DNA from: Eukaryota sp. TZLM1-RC
Taxonomy: Eukaryota; Protista; Metamonada: BaSk clade
DNA length: 64,000 bases
Assembly (NCBI GenBank): GCA_040285825.1
Contig: JAUPSS010000002.1
Location: forward strand, 3,224,001-3,288,000
Direction: 5' to 3'
This document shows, one piece after another, positions 11,963 through 23,433 of this stretch. A model generated the notes under the pieces. That model was not told the origin of the DNA, ran no database searches, and saw only the letters and a program-made list of their open reading frames with translations. Both the position numbers and the translations under genes were made by a program. How positions within the stretch are numbered: the stretch's first letter is position 1; each line of letters starts with the position of its first letter.

Positions 11963-12239
11963 TCTTTGGTATTTCTGCCTTACGGCATCACATCATTCAA
12001 TGGTTTGATAATGAATCTGGTCTTTGAAAAAAAAATTTCGATCAAATGCTCATAAGAATTGAATATGATCATTGATTTTATACCTGCAGGGCTTATGTAA
12101 ACAACAGTGGTATCCAAAATATGAAAATCTTTCAATAGTTGTTCAGCCCAAAAATCCATCACAGCAACAGTAATCCATGCTCGTGGCTTAAGACTCTCTA
12201 AATCAGCAAAATATATGTCGAATAGGACCAGGGTTAAAT

Positions 12240-12977
12240 TCAACAACTCTTCATTGTCAGCTCAACAGAAAAAGGGTTGGTGGACAGCAAATCATTGTTA
12301 ACTATGGTTGAAATACTTAAGTCTCTGAATTCAGTATTATTGAAGCAAAATAAAAAGCCAATTGAGTTTTCTGGAAATTCATCAAAATAATCAAGACATC
12401 CACCAAAAGATGTATTACCCATAAACACCTTGGAATTTTCATGTGAAGTGATATACAAATATATTTCTTTTTTTTGGATTTTACACACATTGACAACAGC
12501 TGTAGAATTACCTTCAAGATAAGCAAAATCAAAATTCAACCTCCAAAATTGACCAATTGATAACTGGAAAAATCATGTTTAGTTCAGCAGAAATGAAAGA
12601 GGTATCCACAGTAGAATTAACAATTTTTAAAGCAGATTCTCAAAACATAGTTTTATTAGAATTAGCAACCCCAGATTGTTCATTTTGGATCAAAAAGGTG
12701 CTAATATAATATTATTGATAGTAATGGTTGAATCAGTATTGGAAATGTCAACATTGGTTACAGTAGCTTTAGTATTATCTTTGAGATTGAGACCTATATA
12801 TTCAAGACCTTGGAAATTGGCATTATTCATAATCAAAATAGTTTTGGTTATATCGAAGTGACCATCAGTAGAATCACGAACAAGAAGAGCTTTTAAATCA
12901 ATAACAGAATCAGTAGTAAAAAAATGACTAGTAAGTGAAAAATCAGACAAAATAACCTCTGAATTATCAACAGTCAA
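12240..12977 (-). pseudogene. Fragment of a Ser/Thr/Asn-rich beta-strand-repeat surface-protein family
   Basis: TDSVIDLKALLVRDST is shared with TDSTIDLETVLVRDST at 15658-15933; broken frames. Confidence 0.4.
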
Positions 12978-13199
12978 TAGGGAATGAGTGAATGAACAAA
13001 CAAAACTTCAAAATTCTTGACCGTAACCAACTTCAAACAGACAAAAATTGAATTAAAGAAGATTACCCAGTCGTTCATGTATTTATGAACAAAGACTCTG
13101 AATAAAGAGAATTGCTCTCGATATTTGGTAAAGACTTGACACTTTTGCTTTTTGTTTTAATTGTTGTTTTAACTTTTGTTTTTTTGTAATAATAATATT

Positions 13200-13995
13200 T
13201 ATTTATTTTCTACGAAGAATCAAATAGAACAAACTAAAACACATAAGAAACTAAATTCTCCACACCAACTCTTGATGAATCCTTATAAAGTTTAGACATC
13301 ATTAAACTCAAGTACTTGGGAACACTTCTGTACAAAGCGAAAATGATACGATTTTTCCATAAATTCTCTGCAAAATTCTTACCACTTGAACGACATAAAT
13401 TACCAAAATCATTGATGAAATTCAAGGCGGATTGTCCAATGTTGCCAAAAATCGAAAAGGCAAAAGGAACAAACGAAAACTTCGAATAAAGGTTCTTATT
13501 TAAATCATTTAATATCTCAGTATATTTATCTCTCTTACGATCTTCAGCCTTGTTCAAATGACCATTAGTACTAAGTAAAACATCATCGCGATAAACCAAA
13601 GCAAAGGGATCAACTGTAGTGAAATCAACAACAACTTGAGAGGAATCCACAAAAGGAGCAATTAAATCACCTCGACGTGAATTAAAAAGATTATCATCAC
13701 TATAATGCTTCAACAAAGGTTCTACTTTGCAACTAAAATTGTAACACTTGAACATCTCATATGTCACATCACGAACGGCATTATGAAGAACTGACCTATA
13801 TTGGAGAAATTTCTTACAGCTCACAATATGACGAAAATTGGCAGTAGGTTTTTTGTTACAAATACAATAAGAATTGTCCAAAAGACCACTTGGATACATC
13901 CCTAATCTCAACCGCATGTTTTGTTTCCAAGCTTCATTTGTTAAGTGAAGACCAAATGGCCTTGGTTGCTGAGATATTAAACTAGTACAGTTCAT
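13200..13995 (-). mobile_element. 3' part of a CRE-like RLE retrotransposon (distinct subfamily, intact C-terminal frame)
   Basis: MRLRLG, CIC..HIVSC, HNAVRD, RRGD, VVVDFT, AEDRKRDKY, FVPFAFSIFG. Confidence 0.9.
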
Positions 13996-14129
13996 AATTT
14001 GTAATAATTGTTTTTTAACTTTTGTTTTTGTTTTTGTTGGTTATCCTTTGTTCAACAAGGTTATCCTGTCCTTAGTAGTACTCTCATTACTTCCCTTTTT
14101 TGTTTCTCACATTGATTCTGCTGGTCTTC

Positions 14130-14520
14130 GAAGCTTTTTGTTCATCTTTGATTTGTTCATAGTCACTTGAAACCTTTATCAGAATTCAGGCGTATAGTCT
14201 CAAAACCTTTCTCAAAGACCCCTTTAATGTGTTGGATTTCGTTATTGTTGCACTTAGTCTTCTTGCATTCACTCCCCTAGTTTATGCTAGACCCTTTTTT
14301 CTTCGTCCATCACGAGTTGTTCGTTCTCTAAGAACCTTTCGTTTGGTTGCTTCTTTCCAACACGTATCCCTTGTTGTTAATTCGGTCTTTCCAACATCAG
14401 GATCTGCTCAATTTCTCTCAATAGTTTCATTTCTTCTATTTTCCATCTTTGGCATTCATTTGCTTCGTGGCACTTTTTCTAATCGTTGTGTCCCTTTTGA
14501 TCTTGCACATCACCCCTTTG
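14130..14520 (+). pseudogene. Voltage-gated Ca2+/Na+ channel (Ion_trans) domain fragment
   Basis: FLKDPFNVLDFVIV (S3), RPSRVVRSLRTFRLV (S4), FSIFGIHLLRGTFSNRC (S5); truncated. Confidence 0.75.
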
Positions 14521-15657
14521 TGAGCTTGATCATTACCACCAACTGGGAATCCAGTTTATATTTTGAATTATTATATTATTATTGAATTACTTGAGTAATT
14601 GCCATCTCTAAAATCAAACCCCACTGTTAAATCTTCAATGATGTTCGAACTTAAACTTTTTCTTTTGTGTATTATATCAGTGAATTGTACTAGCATTATT
14701 CAAATCACACCCTTCCCCACACACAACGCTTTACGCTGCTCTACGTTACATGCTTCACGTTACTCTTTTCTCACCATATTTTTCCCTTTCCTTATCTCTC
14801 TTGATGGTCTTTTTGTTCTGCCCTTGTCCTAACTTCCCGCAAATCTCTCTTGTTTCCGCCTAGGGTTTTCGTCTATCGTGATGATCGATTCAACGTCATC
14901 TAAGTCACTTTTTTGTCACTTTTAATTTGCTTAACACAAATTGCTTCTTTCTATAGGCTTTCTCTTGTCCGATCACTTTTTCACCTCTACCAACATGCAC
15001 CACATTATTTGTTTCTTCTCATTCGTTATTTATTTATTTATTTATTTTGTATTTGTTTTCAACTTGGCTCTTTTGAACTTGATTGTCCATTATGTGTTTA
15101 TAACAGTTTTTCACCTTAGTTAACCCTCTATCTCTCTGTTTAATTGTAATATTAAATCCCAGTATTCATTTTTACACAAGTTTTTTTTGCAGTTATTTAA
15201 TACTTTATTAGTTATTATCATTAGATACAAAATAATTAACTTTTAATAATTAATAATTTAATAATTTACTTTTAAGTAGTTGACATTTGTTTAAATCTGA
15301 AATATTTAACATTCTTCTAACATCATGCCCTTATTACGAAAATCATCTATTTTTATTTTTTATTTGTTTTTTTATTTATTTATTTAAATTTAATTCACTG
15401 TGTTTACTCATCCAGTACCGTGGCTTCCCTGATCATTATTTTGGTTTATTCTTGTCGAATAACTGATAAATTATAAGGTTTTTGTCAAGTGTTTGTAGCT
15501 AATGATTATTACCGATTTCTGGGAGTAGAGAGTCTATTTTGTTATGCTATTATTTAAATTTGTTTGAAATTCCGAATCTCTTATTTTGAGGGTAAGGACT
15601 GCATTTAATTTAAGGTTTATCAGTTTCGCAACGTTACCACAGAACTGGTGATAAGGT

Positions 15658-15933
15658 GTGCCCGTCAATCAATTGGAAATACTTTCCTTGGATTTCACCA
15701 ATGTCAAAACTTTAGGTCCAGTTGATTCTGATGGTAAAGTTATTAGTGGATGTGCTAATGATGAACCTCTTATTACCCTTGTTAAATCTAATGTTGATTT
15801 TGTTGGTCTAGTTGTTGTTGGTTGTCAATCTATTGTTGCTACTGATTCTACTATTGATTTAGAAACTGTTCTTGTTCGTGATTCAACTGCTCATGAATTA
15901 ATAGATTTACAGTCTCTACCAATTATTGAGTAA
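15658..15933 (+). pseudogene. Second fragment of the same surface-protein-like family
   Basis: Peptide similarity to 12690..12977. Confidence 0.35.
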
Positions 15934-16800
15934 TTCTCTTTATTTTGAGTTTATATTTATAAATACATAAACGACTGAGTAATCACCAATCATTCAGTTT
16001 TTAACTGTTTGAGGTTGATTGCGGTCAAGAAAGATCTGATTACGTGTGACTGTCTAGTCTACATGTTTTTGGAACTTTTGTTTTCGATTATATTTTTTTT
16101 GACCGTGTCACTTATTCAGCTAACATCGACTTAATGAATTTAATTGCTGGCTCAACTATTCCTGATGAAGTAATCAGATTTCCATACTTATTTCTTAGAC
16201 TTATCATTTTCTATAATTTTTGCTTGAGATTCGTATCTGTGATGCACCTTTGCTTCAATGCCACAATAGAAATCTGGTCAAAAGTATTTGGCTTGATGTA
16301 GAGATTGATGGAAAAACTTTGAGAAAAGTGAACGATTTTAAAGTGACCATTATTGGTCACTATTTACTGAGTCGTTTATGATTGATCCACATCAACCCCT
16401 ACAAGGTCTTGCTTTCGTTATAATTCTGTGCAGATTGTATTGTTTGGAATTGTTTAAGGAATGCGTGTTTATATTGACCCAACATTAATGTACAACTGAA
16501 TATACCTCAAATTCATTTAAACTATATGTAGGCCCCAGCATTTGACCATTTCATCATTTTTATTCCAAATTATATAATACAAATAGTAATTCTGAACTTT
16601 ATTGAAGGTAAAAAGCGAAAAGGGTACTAGTGAATGTAAGCTACTGAGAGACTTGCTTACAGGGTCTAACACGTGGCGTATTGTGAAGAATGACCGATGA
16701 TGAGGGCATAACCTGCTGTGAAGCATCTTTCATAAAGCGAAGTCGTAAGATCTTTAAGATTATTTTTTAATTTTATTTTTATTTTTATTTATTTTTTCAG

Positions 16801-18902
16801 ACCCTGACTAAATGTACCATTTATTGCACCATAAATTATAATTTTTTTTGGTAAATGTACCATAAATTAACTGATGTACCATAAAAGAAATTGTTTTATA
16901 GAAAACCTGTAATCAATACAACTTTATTGGCGGAAACAAAAGCTCTATAAAACAAGCAATGGAACAGTTATCACTTAGCAGTTTTTACGTGCTCTACCTC
17001 GTGGACGCTTCACAGGAGGCACTTCAAATGCAGAAGGATTTCTACGGGTACCTCTAGAACCTAAAGGTCGTCCCCTTGTCTTTTTTACAGAAGGAGCAAA
17101 AGGTATGTTCTGTACGGATGTCACCAATTGGTTTAAAGAAGACGTCACAAATTGACGCTGTTCTTCGGATAGCGAAGCGGAAGAAAGAAGCTCTAACGGC
17201 GTGGTATCAGTTGGCACAGGAACTTGAATAGGAACATGGGAATGTTCCAAATGCCAGTGAAGATGGAATAAATCGACTGAGAGTTGGTTTCCGCTTTCAT
17301 ACAGTTGAAGAAGCTGAGATGATGACGGAAGACCAAAGTTGGATGAAATCCGATCATTGGGAAGAGAGTCGCATTGTGATTGTGATCTTATCACTTCGTC
17401 CACAACCAGGATGCAGATGAAATTGGGAAGTTTTTTCAAGATAGGTTGAATGAAAGAATTTACGTATTCTGGATAGATCAAGTTAATATCAGCGTCTCTA
17501 GTCTCTTGAAGTTTGTGTTCAGCCACTATATTCGACCACATAACAACCGTCTTCTGCGCAATATCTGCCAAATCACCAGTGGATACTTTAAGATATCTTT
17601 TTAGAACACTGTGAATTGATTCAACTCGAGATGAAGCTCTCTGTCCAAGGTTGAAATCATAAGTTGTATGACAAACCAAAAATTTTTCGCCATAATTGTC
17701 AACCAAATCATCGAGATAATTAATCAACTGGGGAAGAATGTGGAACTCCTGATCAATTTTGTTCTTTTTCTGCAGCATTGACACGTGGTCCCCGGCATAG
17801 CAAATTGATTTCCATAAACTTCGTACTTTGTCTTCCAGATCAGTATCTCGTACGAAAGAACGGATCTTGGTTTCTACATTCTTATTGATATGCCATAAGC
17901 ATACTCTATGTTTAACATTTGGAAAATTGATTTCAATGGCTGACACCAAGGCTTGCTCTCGATCAGTCAAAATTGTTTCAGTGCACTGCAGAGTAGGATA
18001 AACTTCCCTAAGTTGACATAAGGCCCAATCGTAATCATCAGTCGTTTCTCCTGAAAGTAGGATAAACGCAAGAGGAAACGATGTCATAAATGATGTGATA
18101 CCCATTACACCCAAAAAAGGCATACCGTATTGAGTGGTCTTGTAGGTACAGTCCATCATCAAAAGGTATGGGTTGCTATTCACCAAAGTAGAAGCGGGTT
18201 GATAGGCAATCAAACAGTTCCGCAATGATCCATCATGATCATGAAGAAGAGATTTTAGATTGAGGCGGTTGTCTTTTCTTAGGTGGTCAAGCAATGATTG
18301 AAAGGTTGGGAGATGGGACTTCTGAAGCTTCAATAGTGATGATTTCATGTTAGCGATGTCTTTCCGGTTGATGGGACAGTCTGGATTTAAGATCAGTAAG
18401 CGATCAAACACCACCTTGGGCTCACAGTTAGCCCTCAAAAGGGTTTCAATCGTACTCTTATATAAGTCTTTGAAGTGAGCCCGATAACTTCTGCTTGCAG
18501 ACATACAAGCGTAGGGCTCATGATTGTGAGAGTTGTGTTGACTAACAACCACCCAACCATCTTCTGTCCGTGTGACCCGAATGTTGAAGGGACAACCTGT
18601 TTTGCGGGTTTTACCACCTTCGTTTTTACAACGAGAGTTACCTCCTTTTTCACAACAGAAAAGACAAGTGTAGTCAGATGAATGAGCTACTATCAGAGCA
18701 TAGCCGAGAGCAAAACAGCGTGCATAAAGGGAGGTTTTTATATTATTGAAACTGTCTGCCTCAAGATCAGAGAAGTCCATTTATGAAGTTGAGACGAAAC
18801 AGAATGTGGTACGTTGATGAAATTGTGGTACGTTTTCATAATGGTACATTTACCAAAAAAATTATAATTTATGGTGCAATCAATGGTGCATTTAGTCAGG
18901 GT
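16801..18902 (-). mobile_element. Mutator-like (MULE) DNA transposon, apparently intact
   Basis: TIRs of about 62 bp (16801-16863 / 18841-18902, ACCCTGACTAAATG...) flank a single transposase ORF; no clean TSD in the T-rich flanks. Confidence 0.92.
16975..18780 (-). CDS. MULE DDE transposase (FAR1-like N-terminus, C-terminal AT-hooks)
   Basis: RKTGCPF...HNH, MDCTYKT, FPLAF...ETTDDYDW, TDRE, CLWH, RVESIH, KTRGRP/RPRGR. Confidence 0.93.
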   Translation of the reverse strand: MDFSDLEADSFNNIKTSLYARCFALGYALIVAHSSDYTCLFCCEKGGNSRCKNEGGKTRKTGCPFNIRVTRTEDGWVVVSQHNSHNHEPYACMSASRSYRAHFKDLYKSTIETLLRANCEPKVVFDRLLILNPDCPINRKDIANMKSSLLKLQKSHLPTFQSLLDHLRKDNRLNLKSLLHDHDGSLRNCLIAYQPASTLVNSNPYLLMMDCTYKTTQYGMPFLGVMGITSFMTSFPLAFILLSGETTDDYDWALCQLREVYPTLQCTETILTDREQALVSAIEINFPNVKHRVCLWHINKNVETKIRSFVRDTDLEDKVRSLWKSICYAGDHVSMLQKKNKIDQEFHILPQLINYLDDLVDNYGEKFLVCHTTYDFNLGQRASSRVESIHSVLKRYLKVSTGDLADIAQKTVVMWSNIVAEHKLQETRDADINLIYPEYVNSFIQPILKKLPNFICILVVDEVIRSQSQCDSLPNDRISSNFGLPSSSQLLQLYESGNQLSVDLFHLHWHLEHSHVPIQVPVPTDTTPLELLSSASLSEEQRQFVTSSLNQLVTSVQNIPFAPSVKKTRGRPLGSRGTRRNPSAFEVPPVKRPRGRARKNC

Positions 18903-18989
18903 TTTTTTTTAAAGAACCAATTTTTATCAAATGAGCTAAATGCTACGACAATTCAAATATTCCTTATCCAACTACCCCACTACTAGTGG

Positions 18990-19520
18990 TCAATACTCCA
19001 AAAAGACACTGAACAACCAGCACAAAGCAAAAAATACATGATTGACATTACTAAGCGGCCGTCTAAGAAGCTCCAACAGCGTTTCAAAGGCGACAGCAAG
19101 CTTTTCATCACACATACGAATGTTTGAACCAGCAACAACATCCAATAAGAAGAGTAAGGATTCTATCTCAAAAACAACTGACGAAACCTTCAGTAAAGGA
19201 GTCACAAACTCTCTATTTCCATTACGAAGGGGACGTCTGAGAACCTCCAAGAGCGGTTTAAAGGCGACAGCAAGCTTTTCATGAAAAGAGAAATGGGAAC
19301 ATCCGCTGATGATCAAGTCCAGTTGAACAAGAAACAAAATGCTTGTGAGAGGAGAACTAATTTGTTTCCAAATGGATGTTTCAAAGGATGATGTTATCAG
19401 TGGAAAAACATTCAGTAGAGTCAACAATGAAGAAGGAGACAACGCAGAGCAGTATGGTGTAATGGGTAAGAAAGCATTAGGAGGGCCTGGACCGTGAAAA
19501 GGGAGGTTTTCAACAATCAT
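18990..19520 (-). CDS. Unknown helical-repeat protein or fragment
   Basis: Internal repeat EKLAVAF(K/E)xLLE(V/L)LRRPL(R/S)N occurs twice; may be truncated next to the MULE. Confidence 0.4.
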   Translation of the reverse strand: MIVENLPFHGPGPPNAFLPITPYCSALSPSSLLTLLNVFPLITSSFETSIWKQISSPLTSILFLVQLDLIISGCSHFSFHEKLAVAFKPLLEVLRRPLRNGNREFVTPLLKVSSVVFEIESLLFLLDVVAGSNIRMCDEKLAVAFETLLELLRRPLSNVNHVFFALCWLFSVFLEY

Positions 19521-21039
19521 GATGGAGAGGAAGGAAGTTCGATGCTAGGGGGAAGAATAAAATTTCTTATTTTTATTTATTCTCTTCAAGATTATCTGCT
19601 TTCAAGTCTGCGAAGTCCATGATTGTAGTATTAAAATGAAAAGAGAAGAACGAAATTTTGATATGAAAGGCGGTACGTTACGGTAATTTACGGTACCTTT
19701 GGGATTGGTACATGCAACATTGTTCTCATTGTAAAGCAGAAGGGAATTTCGAATCAACGATAATAGAATAGCCAAAGTAGTCAATCTAGATTGATAATGT
19801 AAATAGTTCTATTATACAATAGATATCAAAAACTATTGTTCAGTTGTGAATAAAACAATTTTGCGTTCAGCGCTGTTTATAGGGAACATTTGTTCATCAT
19901 TTCAACTATGCTTGAGTGAAACTAAGAATTAGGAGAGATTTTGCGGACCTTGCTGGTTTTCATGGTCATTTGTAGAATTGTGTTTCGAAATAAACAACGT
20001 AGATTGTTTTCATTATATTAACTGCAATTAACATGCAAAAATACTTCTAGGTCCATTTGCTCTGCGAAGAGATTCAAATGATTACCACCACAACAAACTT
20101 CGGCCAGAGTCAAAGTTGTTGTTCAACTTTATTTGAAATTGCAATGATCTAATCAACTCGTAAATATTGAGTGTTCTTCAACATGTTCAACTTGTCACTT
20201 ACACTATCTTGAGTTCACTATTGAAGTATTCGGACTCGACTCAACACTTCCGAGTCGTACTCAAGACTCCATAAGGGAGAGTAGCTCTTGAAGTCTATAT
20301 ATCTAGCGTCAATGAATAAATGTCTATTTTGGAATGATACCTCTGCAGTATAGATGGACACATTTCGGAAGCAGCACTGCGAATGCAACGAGAAATGGAC
20401 CATCAAGACAGCAACACCGTATTCTCTTTATAAGACTTCAAAGTAGTGAAGTATTCGTGGCCAGCTAGGTACTTTAATAACTTCAAGGGTCTCACGACGA
20501 GGTACTTTTTAGGACTTCACAGCTGATATTTTGGCTTCATTTAACGTATTGATCTTTCAATCGTTTAGTTTTAATACAGTCGTTTCAAAAGAAGCAGATT
20601 TGGATAAAACACATGGAGAAGTTGTAAATCAACACAAGTCGAGGATGGGCAGTTGCTCCGTCAAGTGTTGACCACATCAAATCTGAGAAATGCATCACGT
20701 CATCTTTCTTTTCTTCACACTGTTTTGGTGAGGAACATTACAACAGATAGTTTTCTTGCAGCAGTAATTAAAACATATATTTATTGAGTATCTGGATTTT
20801 TAGACGTAGTTTTGGAATTGAGGAAAAATGTTATTGTTCGAAATCAGAAAATTGATGTTTGAATTCCCTTCAATTGAATCATCAAACCCGCCATGGCGTA
20901 ATGGAAACAAACGCGATATTTTCTCCCAATCAATTAAAACGATTCAATTAAATATTTTTCATTGACATCATTTTTCGATAATAATGAATTGAGTGTGAAT
21001 TTGAAAAATTTACAAAAAATTTTGCCCTGATTTGGGAAA

Positions 21040-21600
21040 GGATATCAAATGTCATCACTACAAAGAAAAGCGGATTTTAGTAATGAAATTATAGAACTTT
21101 TCATTTCTAATAAGGTGTTTCAAGTTTAATATCTTAATATTATAAAAGAGAAAATCGAATATGATGTATCACAAATTTGACTCAGATCTGTCAAACCTAA
21201 ATCACCTAATTCAACAGGGAGAGAAATTAATTCTGGATATTTGATATTATTTAAATGATAAACCAAACAAATATGATACTCAGTGGACCATCGAGAAAGA
21301 CCAAGAATTATGTTTTTATTTGAAATTGTTTTACAATACAAGGATTATCTTGTTCCCTGGTAAGTACTCCTGAAGTGGAATCAATTACAAAATCTCCACA
21401 AGTTAGAGACATAGCATTATTATAAGAATCATTTAAAAGATCAATGATAACATTTCTTTCAACACAGTTTAAGGTATTTTAAATAATCAAAGATATTAAT
21501 TTTGAAAATTGTCTAACATTTGTCAACTTATGAATGACGTGCATTACATTTTTGTGCCTCGCTTTATTTGTACACCAAATTGATTAAATGTCCTTAAATA
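21040..21600 (-). mobile_element. Highly decayed non-LTR retrotransposon relic
   Basis: LISLPVELGDLGL resembles the post-RT LP...GGLG motif. Confidence 0.45.
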
Positions 21601-21689
21601 ATCATTCTTAACAAACTTTAGAAGATGTCATGATCTTATTCTACAAAATAATTCTAATCTAATATATTTCTAATATTTTATTCTGATAA

Positions 21690-22213
21690 TTGTTACAAAC
21701 GGTATTCCTCTTGCTCCATGAAGTCAAGCATTCAAGCTTTCAACTACACTGAACGTCAAATGCCCATAACAGAGTCCTTCGAAATAGCAGGAAGCCCAAT
21801 GTTCTTTCCTGGCCTTAATCAGTTTCTCATACACTGTTTTTGTTTGGCAACAGATTTCTTTCATTATGAGGTCAAGTTTATGGGTTGTGCCAGCTCTAGC
21901 AGCACTCCGAATCAATTTTGTGAACATTAGCATCATATTTTGAATAAGATTCCGAACACGAAATCAGTAGCCATTTTCTCTCTCGGAAACGATATTATTA
22001 ATTTCTGAGCCAGTGGTTTCACAGAAATGTTGACAAAACCACGTCCAGTTGTCTTTGTTTTCTGTCGACATAACAGCAAAGGCCAGTGGAAACAAATGTC
22101 CTTCAGCACCGATGGACCATAGATGTTGACAACCAGTGATCAAAATTACCCTTCACAAGTGTGAACAGGTGTTCATCTGCCGATGTCGTTGATTCAACTT
22201 TATGGTGCAAAAA
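21690..22213 (-). pseudogene. Decayed MuDR-type MULE transposase (second family), truncated by an LTR
   Basis: GHLFPLAFAVMSTENKDNWTWF...IVSERENG and HWASCYFEGLCYGHLTFSVVESLNA. Confidence 0.8.
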
Positions 22214-22334
22214 TGTTGGCGTTTGGATCCATTTAATAGCTAGGTGGAGTTCTAGTTACAGTTATACGTAGCTTTTATTACAAGGAGAGAGAAAAGAACA
22301 AGAATGGAATCTCAATTTCCGTCATTCTTCAACA
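22214..22334 (-). repeat. 3' LTR (121 bp) of the second gypsy family
   Basis: TGTTG...CAACA termini, preceded by the polypurine tract AAAGAAAGAAAAGGCAG. Confidence 0.75.
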
Positions 22335-22399
22335 CTGCCTTTTCTTTCTTTGAGATTCTATTCTTGAACATGAATCTACGGGATAATCTAACAAATAAA

Positions 22400-23425
22400 C
22401 TAAAAATAGGTAAGTCTTCTACCTCTTCTACCTCTACGGCTACCTCTACCTTTAACGGGGCTTCTGCGTCTCTTCATATACTCGGCATAAGCGAAGGTGT
22501 TTCTTATAAACTGGAGGGGTTCGACGGATACTTCGGAGCTGTTCTTCCACAAAACATCGGCAACCTGTCGCATTTCGTCTACCCTCAGAATCGAAGAAAC
22601 CATATGTTCTTCCCTGTTCTGAGCTGCGATAGCTTCAAGGAAGGTTGGATCATCATTGAGAGGGACGAAGAGCTACAAGTTGTGAACTGAGGCAGTTCCT
22701 TCGTATCCTCTGATGAGATCTTGAACATACACGTGGTTTCTGTTTCCAACAGTTCGCATTACGAGGTAAGGTCCTTTCCATCGGCCATGTAGTTAGGGGG
22801 CGGATTCATCGTACTTTAGTACATAATCTCCAGCTTGGAGAGAATGGTGAGTTCTCGTTTCGTCGGCAGTAACCTTGTGAATTTCCGAATCTTGGCGATC
22901 TTCGGCTTCTCCCCACATTCTTAGAAGCGAAGTTGTTCGAGCTTCTAAATCTTCGATCCAGCCAGATTTCGGAATTCTGGTCTGCGTTAACTTCTCCAAA
23001 ATTCTGGTTGGTGCAGCTCTTGGGTCAACAGATGTCCCAAAGATAAGCTCATAGGGGGTAAATCCAGTTCTTCGGCATCGTTTCGTGTTTAATAGCAATT
23101 ACGTCATTGGGATATAAGATCCCCATTTTCCGTAATCGTTAAAATCTGCAAGTAATTTTCTCAGAGTCAATAGTACATCCCTGTTTTTTCTTTCAACTAG
23201 ACCATTTGACTGGTGAAAGTTAGGCGTTGAGAATTCCATAGAGATGTTCAGAAATTGGCATAATTGCTTTATGATAGCGTTTACATACTCGGGTACGTTA
23301 TCAGAGTGAATCTTTTGAGGAATTCCGAATATGGAACAAACTTGTTCTAGCAAGGCGAAGGCTACTTCATTGGCATTTAGCTTCTCCAGTAGAACTAAGA
23401 TACCGTATCTTGAAAAGGCGTCGAT
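22400..23425 (-). pseudogene. Gypsy integrase C-half with GPY/F motif and chromodomain-like tail; in-frame stops
   Basis: IDAFSRY, FGIPQKIHSDN, SNGLVER, TPYELIFG, WKGPY, EEHMVSSIL..VLW. Confidence 0.88.
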
Positions 23426-23433
23426 ATCTTGTC

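Larger units (their letters stand above)
10300..12240 (-). pseudogene. Ulp1/SENP-family (C48) cysteine protease relic, split by an LTR element
   Basis: DLESLKPRAWITVAVMDFW, IIKPLND, GLHW (catalytic His) and CGLYVLHYI (catalytic Cys, shifted frame near 10625-10665); the frame is restored across the insertion by collapsing the duplicated CATC. Confidence 0.75.

Noticed and set aside
16790-18912. 9-bp TSD for the MULE
   Set aside because: Both flanks are T-rich but do not match exactly
7819-23100. Stop-codon reassignment to explain in-frame TAA/TAG in the Fanzor, Ulp1 and integrase relics
   Set aside because: Conserved host genes end in TAA, TAG and TGA and have no internal stops; the relics also contain frameshifts
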